Shown in pieces: positions 58,903-64,000 of a stretch of DNA of 64,000 bases (position 1 is its first letter; every line of letters starts with the position of its first letter). Source of the DNA: Nannocystis bainbridge. Lineage in GTDB: Bacteria; Myxococcota_A; Polyangia; Nannocystales; Nannocystaceae. Both the position numbers and the translations under genes were made by a program. The notes under the pieces are model-generated. The model was not told the DNA's origin and made no database searches. It was given only the letters and a program-made list of their open reading frames with translations. The stretch spans positions 2,112,001 through 2,176,000 of the forward strand of contig NZ_JAQNDL010000001.1 in assembly GCF_028368995.1 (NCBI RefSeq), in the 5' to 3' direction.

Positions 58903-60642
58903 ATGCGCCCTCGCCCGCTCGCCCTCGCCGCCCTCGCGCTGACGCTCGCCGGCGGCTGCCTCAAGATCCCGGCCGAGCCCAAGTCCCCGGAGACAGGTCC
59001 CGAAGGACAGGTCGCGACCCTGGCCTGGCCCGGCGCCGCGATCGACAAGCTGTACCGCCCCGGCGAGGTCCGCGTGTACACGATGATGCAGTCCGGCAAG
59101 CCGATCGGCACCTCGTGGGGCCGCTACGAGGGCCCGGTCGACGGCGAACCCGGCCACTTCCGCTTCGCCACCCGCATCGAGCTGCGCCCGCCCGGCCGCG
59201 ACGGCAAGCCGGCCGAGCCGCTGCGCAGCTCCGGCGAGATCGTCGTCGACGCCCGCGGCGACCTGATCCGCGGCTTCGAGCGCAGCAACGCCGCCGAGCT
59301 GGTGTTCGAGCGCAAGGGCGACGCGCTCCACTTCAACTCCGGCCGCGAACGCGACGAGATCACGTACCGCAGCGGCGACGCGTTCATGGCGTTCTCGGCG
59401 ATCTTCCACGAGGAGCTGATGTTCGGCCTGCGCCGCCTCGAGGCCGGCGAGCTGGCGTGGCGCCTGGTCAGCCTGTCGGGCTCGATGCCGACCGAGTGGA
59501 CGGCGACGCTGACGATCCCCGACCCGGCGGCGCCCGGCCGGGCCACGGTCAAGACCAACCTCGGCGAGACGGTCACGCTGCGCGACGGCCGGATCGAGAA
59601 GGTCCAGATCGAGGCCGACGACGTCGAGATCCAGGTGCCGGTGCAGCCGCCGACCTGGCCCGAGTGGCAGATCGCCGGGCCACCTGTCCTCAAGTACAGC
59701 TCGCTCCCGGGCGCCCGATTCACCCGCCGCGAGGTCGAGCTGCCCGGACGGCCCGGCGAGCCCGCGCTGGCCGGCGAGGTCCTGCTGCCGCCCGGTCCGG
59801 GCCCGTTCCCCGCGGCGCTGCTGCTGCCCGGCACCGGCCAGCAGGACCGCTTCGGCTTCGCCGGCCCGCCGCCGGTCGACCTCGGCAGCCACACGATCAC
59901 CGACGCGCTCGCCGAGGCCGGCTTCGCGGTCCTCCGCTTCGACGAGCGCGGCTTCGGCAGCAGCGCCGACGGCCCGATCTCCTACCTCGGCCAGCTCGAG
60001 GACGCCCGCCGCGCGCTGCGGACCCTGCTGGTCCAGGACGAGGTCGACCCCGACCGCGTGGTCCTCGTCGGCCACGGCGAGGGCGGCTGGAAGGCGCTGA
60101 CGCTGGCCGCCGAGGACCCGAGCGTCAAGGCGGTGGCGCTGCTGGCCACGCCCGGCCGCCCGTACGAGCAGATCCTGCGGGCGCAGGGCGAGGCGGCCCT
60201 GCAAGCGGTGCCGCCCCAGCTCCGCGACGACGCCCGCAAGACCCAGAACAAGACGCTGCAAGCGCTGAAGACCGGCCACGGGGTGCCGCCGGAGCTGGCG
60301 GCGCAGGCGCTGTGGGTGCGGGAGATCCTTCAAGTCTCGCCGGAGGCGCTGATCGCCGGCAGCGAGGCGCCGCTGTGGATCGCGCAGGGCAACAAGGACT
60401 TCGAGGTCGACCCGAACCGCGACCCCCAAGAGCTGGTGAAGCTGGCCAAGCGCCGCAAACGCAAGGCCGAGCTGCGCTCGTTCGCCGACCTCGACCACCT
60501 TTTTAAACCCGAGCCCGAGAACTCCAACCCGGCCCGCTACCTCGACGCCGCCCGCACCGTCGACCACGCGTTCCTCGGCCAGCTTACGACCTGGCTGCAA
60601 GGCCAGATCAAGGCCGCGCCCGCCAAACCGCGCGGCAATTGA
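58903..60642 (+). CDS. Lipoprotein with C-terminal alpha/beta-hydrolase fold lacking the nucleophilic Ser
   Basis: LAGGC lipobox; PGTGQQDR, LRFDERG.G.S, VGHGEGG, QG.KDFEV, LDHLF. Confidence 0.8.
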   Translation: MRPRPLALAALALTLAGGCLKIPAEPKSPETGPEGQVATLAWPGAAIDKLYRPGEVRVYTMMQSGKPIGTSWGRYEGPVDGEPGHFRFATRIELRPPGRDGKPAEPLRSSGEIVVDARGDLIRGFERSNAAELVFERKGDALHFNSGRERDEITYRSGDAFMAFSAIFHEELMFGLRRLEAGELAWRLVSLSGSMPTEWTATLTIPDPAAPGRATVKTNLGETVTLRDGRIEKVQIEADDVEIQVPVQPPTWPEWQIAGPPVLKYSSLPGARFTRREVELPGRPGEPALAGEVLLPPGPGPFPAALLLPGTGQQDRFGFAGPPPVDLGSHTITDALAEAGFAVLRFDERGFGSSADGPISYLGQLEDARRALRTLLVQDEVDPDRVVLVGHGEGGWKALTLAAEDPSVKAVALLATPGRPYEQILRAQGEAALQAVPPQLRDDARKTQNKTLQALKTGHGVPPELAAQALWVREILQVSPEALIAGSEAPLWIAQGNKDFEVDPNRDPQELVKLAKRRKRKAELRSFADLDHLFKPEPENSNPARYLDAARTVDHAFLGQLTTWLQGQIKAAPAKPRGN

Positions 60643-60649
60643 GCGGGCC

Positions 60650-60698
60650 CGCGAGGCCGCGCAAGGCAGCCGCGAGGCCCCGCGAGGCCGCGCGAGGC
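60650..60698. repeat. About 10-bp GC-rich tandem repeat (GCGAGGCC core, 5 copies)
   Basis: cgcgaggccg cgcaaggcag ccgcgaggcc ccgcgaggcc gcgcgaggc. Confidence 0.55.
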
Positions 60699-60744
60699 AA
60701 TCGCCCGCCACGGGCCGGCGGCCGACTCTGCGCCGGAGCAGCCG

Positions 60745-60828
60745 AGCATGTCCCCTTTGACATGCACTCGTGGACATGCCCTCGCGGACATGTCCCTTCG
60801 CGCATGCCCTTCAGGCCATGTTTTTTTA
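60745..60828. repeat. 14-bp-period motif array (6 units) between convergent genes
   Basis: agcatgtccccttt|gacatgcactcgtg|gacatgccctcgcg|gacatgtcccttcg|cgcatgcccttcag|gccatgttttttta. Confidence 0.88.
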
Positions 60829-61881
60829 GGAATCCATCAGCGCCGACAGCGTCGCCGGGCGGAACACCCCGCGCTCGGTGATGAACGCGGTCACCAATTC
60901 GGCCGGGGTGACGTCGAAGGCCGGGTTGCGGGCGCCGACGCCGGCCGGGGTCATGCGGCGGCCGCCGTGGAGGTGGACCTCGTTGTGGTCGCGCTCCTCG
61001 ATCGGGATCTCCGCCCCGCTCGCGGTCGCCGGGTCGACCGTCGACCACGGCGCCGCCACGTAGAACGGGATCTGGTGGTAGCGGCACAGCACCGCCACCG
61101 TGTACGTCCCGATCTTGTTGGCGACATCGCCGTTGCGGGCGATCCGGTCGGCGCCGACGATGGCCGCCTGGACCTCGCCGCGGGCCATCAGCGCGCCCGC
61201 CATGTTGTCGGCGATGATGTCGACCGGGATCCCGTCGTGGCGCAGCTCCCACGCGGTCAGCCGCGCGCCCTGCAGCACCGGCCGCGTCTCGTCGGCCAGC
61301 ACCCGCAGCTTCTTGCCGTTCGCGTGGGCCCGCCGGATCACCCCGAGCGCCGTGCCCCAGCCGGCCGTCGCCAGCGCGCCGGTGTTGCAGTGCGTCAGCA
61401 CCGTGCCGACGTCCGGCAGCAGCGGCGCGCCGTGGTCCGCCATCGTCAGGCACGCGCGCAGCTCGTCGTCGACGTAGCGCAGCGCCGCCGCGTGCAGGTG
61501 CCCCCGCACGCCGGCGACCGTCAGCCCGGCCGGGCACTCGACCAGCGCGCCGCGCATGTGGCCGATCGCGTGGAACAGGTTGACCGCCGTCGGCCGCGTC
61601 CGCGCCAGCCGCTCGAACGCCATCAGGCACGACTCGCGGAACATCCCCGCGTCGTCGGAGAACCGCCACGACGACGCCACCAATCCCAGCGCCGCCGCGC
61701 AGCCGATCGCCGGGGCCCCGCGGACCGCCAGCTTCTCGATCGCCTCCGCCACCGCCTCGACGTCGTCGAGGTCGAGCCAGTCCTCGCGCTCGGGCAACGA
61801 GCGCTGGTCGAGCAGGTGCAGCACCCGACCGTCGGGGCTCAGCTTGACCGGACGGAGCATCGCGCTGGATTCGCTGGTCAT
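60826..61881 (-). CDS. mtnA: S-methyl-5-thioribose-1-phosphate isomerase
   Basis: [71 protein letters not shown]. Confidence 0.95.
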   Translation of the reverse strand: MTSESSAMLRPVKLSPDGRVLHLLDQRSLPEREDWLDLDDVEAVAEAIEKLAVRGAPAIGCAAALGLVASSWRFSDDAGMFRESCLMAFERLARTRPTAVNLFHAIGHMRGALVECPAGLTVAGVRGHLHAAALRYVDDELRACLTMADHGAPLLPDVGTVLTHCNTGALATAGWGTALGVIRRAHANGKKLRVLADETRPVLQGARLTAWELRHDGIPVDIIADNMAGALMARGEVQAAIVGADRIARNGDVANKIGTYTVAVLCRYHQIPFYVAAPWSTVDPATASGAEIPIEERDHNEVHLHGGRRMTPAGVGARNPAFDVTPAELVTAFITERGVFRPATLSALMDS

Positions 61882-62940
61882 GTCGTGTCGTCTCCTGGGG
61901 GCGGCGAATGTAGCGCCACCACGAGGAGTTTGTGGACGCGTCGCGGGTCGGTTCGCCCCCGCAGCGCCTGCATGACCCGGCCAATTAGGTACCCCCATAA
62001 CGCCGCCTTTCCCGCGCGATACTGCGCGACCTGCTGCGGGTAACCTCGCAGCACGCCGACGATCGCCGCCGTAAGGGCTGCGTCGTCATCCTCGAGGACC
62101 AGGCCCTCGCGCGCGGCGATCCCCCCCGGGACGCCGCCCTCCACCACCAGAAGATCCAGGATCTGTTGAGCTGCCGGCGCGCTCACCTCAGCGGCCTCGA
62201 GCATACGCACAAGGTCCGCCAGCGCCGCCGGCGCCACCTTCGCCGAACTCAGCTGCTTCGTCGGCACGCGCCGGATCAGCTCGGCCGTCAGCCAGTGACA
62301 CAGCCGTCGCGCCAGCGCCGGCCCGCGCGGACCGAGGCTCGTCAGCGCCGCGTCGAACCAGGCCCCGAGGATCGGCTCGTCGACCAGCAGGCTCGCCTCC
62401 GCCGGCGCCAGCCCGAGCACGCAGTAGCGCACACGTGTCCTTTCGGGCAGCTCCGGCTGACCCTCGCGGGCCCTCGCCATCGCCGCCGGAACGACGCGCC
62501 GCCAGCGGTATTCGAGCTCTGTCTGCTTCACGCGCATCCCCTGCACCGCCGCGCGGGCCACGTCGTCGCGCAGCGTCACCGCGTACCGGCGACCCTGCGG
62601 CGATCCGCGCCTCCTGGCGTTCGACCTCGGCCGTCACGGCCCGCTCGATGAAGTTGAACGAGTTCAGGTCCTCGCTCTCACAGCGCACCCTCGGGGCCGC
62701 GGGGCCGCGGCGCTGCAGCGAGACATTCACGTCGCAGGGCGGCGAACCACCCGCCATCGTGGCGGCGGACACATCGAAGCGCAGCCGCAAGAGACGCGGC
62801 GCCCGCAGCTCCCGCGCAGCCTCCGCAGCGCCGCGGATCACAGGCGCTGTCACGATCCCGAGCAGCGCCGCGCCGGCGCGGCTGGAATCGAGCGAGGGCC
62901 CGGCGAGCACCTCGCCGGCGTCCTCCTCGAGGCGCCCGCG
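61878..62940 (-). pseudogene. gatB: Degenerate gatB (Asp/Glu-tRNA amidotransferase subunit B) remnant, N-terminally truncated and frameshifted near 62580
   Basis: RLEEDAG...D.SRAG..L..IVT.P.I....EA...CDVNVS...E...LNSF.FI.RA...E..RQ in one frame; MR.K....EYR and YqeY-like V.QYRAGK....GYLIG.VM in another. Confidence 0.75.
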
Positions 62941-64000
62941 TCACGGCTCGCGATCGAGCCGCAGCGCGCGCCCCGGCGGACAGATCAGCGCCCACGTCCC
63001 CGCGGAGCCCGGCTCGCCGTCGTCGGGCGCGACCAGGGCGCAGCCGTTCTCTGCGACCGCCTCTGGCCGCGACGCCAGCCGCAACATCCGCGCTCCCTCG
63101 AGGTCGACCGCGAATACCCGATCCTCGATCTCGATCACCCCGGGCTGCCGCGTCTTTTCGTGCGGCGGCATCCGCCGCGACCGCCCCGTCGTCACCTGAT
63201 AGGCGTGGCGGCTCCCGACCAGCCATCCGCGACGATCCTGCCGCACGCTGTGCTCGTCGGGCGGGAGCTCGACCCCGCCGCGATCGAGCTCGAGCGATCC
63301 GTCGGCGAGGTCGATCCGCCCGAGCAGCTCCCGGCCGTCGACCTTCACCCGCGCGGCGCTCCACAGCGCTCCGTCGCGGCCGAGCACCGGCAGCATGAAC
63401 AACTTCTGCAACCCCGCGATCGTCTGCGCCCCACCGATCACCGACCGCAGCTCCCGCACCCCCTCCGGACAGACCAGCGCCGCCGCCACCGCGGCGAATT
63501 CTTGCCTCCACTCGCACCCCACGGGCGCGTCGACGCTCGTCCCGTCGGCGTGCACCACTCCACTGGTCACCCCGAACGTCCCGTACGTGTCCGCTCCGAA
63601 CGGCACCCACGGCTCCCCCGACTCCTCCTCCATCGGCTGCGGCGCCGCCTTGTAGCCCGAGTAGACCCGCGCCCCGCCCGCGTCCGCCAGCACCGCCGCG
63701 GACAGGTCACCCATGCGCGTCGGCGGCACCATGAACGCGTCGTGCCAGTCTCTCCAGTCGATCCACGGCTCGCACGTATGATCGCGCCACGGGAACGTCA
63801 GCGCCCCGTCGCCATCGGTGTCGCGCGGCACCACCAAGAATCGCACCCACCCCGGCGCCCCGGTCGGCTCGGCGCGCCACAGCTTGTACGGCGGCGCCAC
63901 GACCTCGCGCTCGTGCCCGTCGCTCAGCCGGCGGATCACCGCGCGATCCGGATCTGTCCGCAAGTACAGCAGCTCGCCGCCCCACGGATCGAACATCGCC
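62941..64000 (-). CDS. Hypothetical protein, 5'-truncated by the window end
   Basis: Open frame to the window edge; contains a DTDGDG motif; no family recognised. Confidence 0.5.
   Translation of the reverse strand, partial: AMFDPWGGELLYLRTDPDRAVIRRLSDGHEREVVAPPYKLWRAEPTGAPGWVRFLVVPRDTDGDGALTFPWRDHTCEPWIDWRDWHDAFMVPPTRMGDLSAAVLADAGGARVYSGYKAAPQPMEEESGEPWVPFGADTYGTFGVTSGVVHADGTSVDAPVGCEWRQEFAAVAAALVCPEGVRELRSVIGGAQTIAGLQKLFMLPVLGRDGALWSAARVKVDGRELLGRIDLADGSLELDRGGVELPPDEHSVRQDRRGWLVGSRHAYQVTTGRSRRMPPHEKTRQPGVIEIEDRVFAVDLEGARMLRLASRPEAVAENGCALVAPDDGEPGSAGTWALICPPGRALRLDREP

Noticed and set aside
62941-62943. In-frame TGA between the hypothetical gene and the gatB remnant as selenocysteine or readthrough
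   Set aside because: No redox motif or evident SECIS; the downstream frame is degenerate and frameshifted.

Overview
GC-rich chromosomal segment of a myxobacterium. Gene content (Thr-rich-linker 'ACGDD' lipoproteins, ferritin-like lipoprotein, TonB_C-fused TonB-dependent receptor) suggests Nannocystaceae; this taxonomy is inference. It holds about 55 CDSs. These include an acyl-CoA catabolic cluster interrupted by a ParE-type toxin flanked by two antitoxin-like genes, the reductive pyrimidine pathway split over two loci, an orphan DNA methyltransferase, rlmN, phhB, apaH, mtnA, two Hsp20 genes (one frameshifted), an OmpA/TSP3 protein divergent from a thrombospondin-like lipoprotein, and a gatB pseudogene. 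No rRNA, tRNA, CRISPR array or IS transposase was seen. Two signals stand out. (1) A pervasive 14-bp-period motif (TGTCC-N4-GGACA, junction GGACATGTCC) forms about 15 degenerate tandem arrays in intergenic regions and is also embedded inside ORFs using rare A/T-ending codons, suggesting a selected genome-wide protein-binding site. (2) A translationally coupled pair of AAA_35-type ATPases (metallophosphoesterase-AAA plus AAA-TM-WD40) resembles a sensor/executor NLR-like pair. All family calls are from motif recognition by eye, without database searches.
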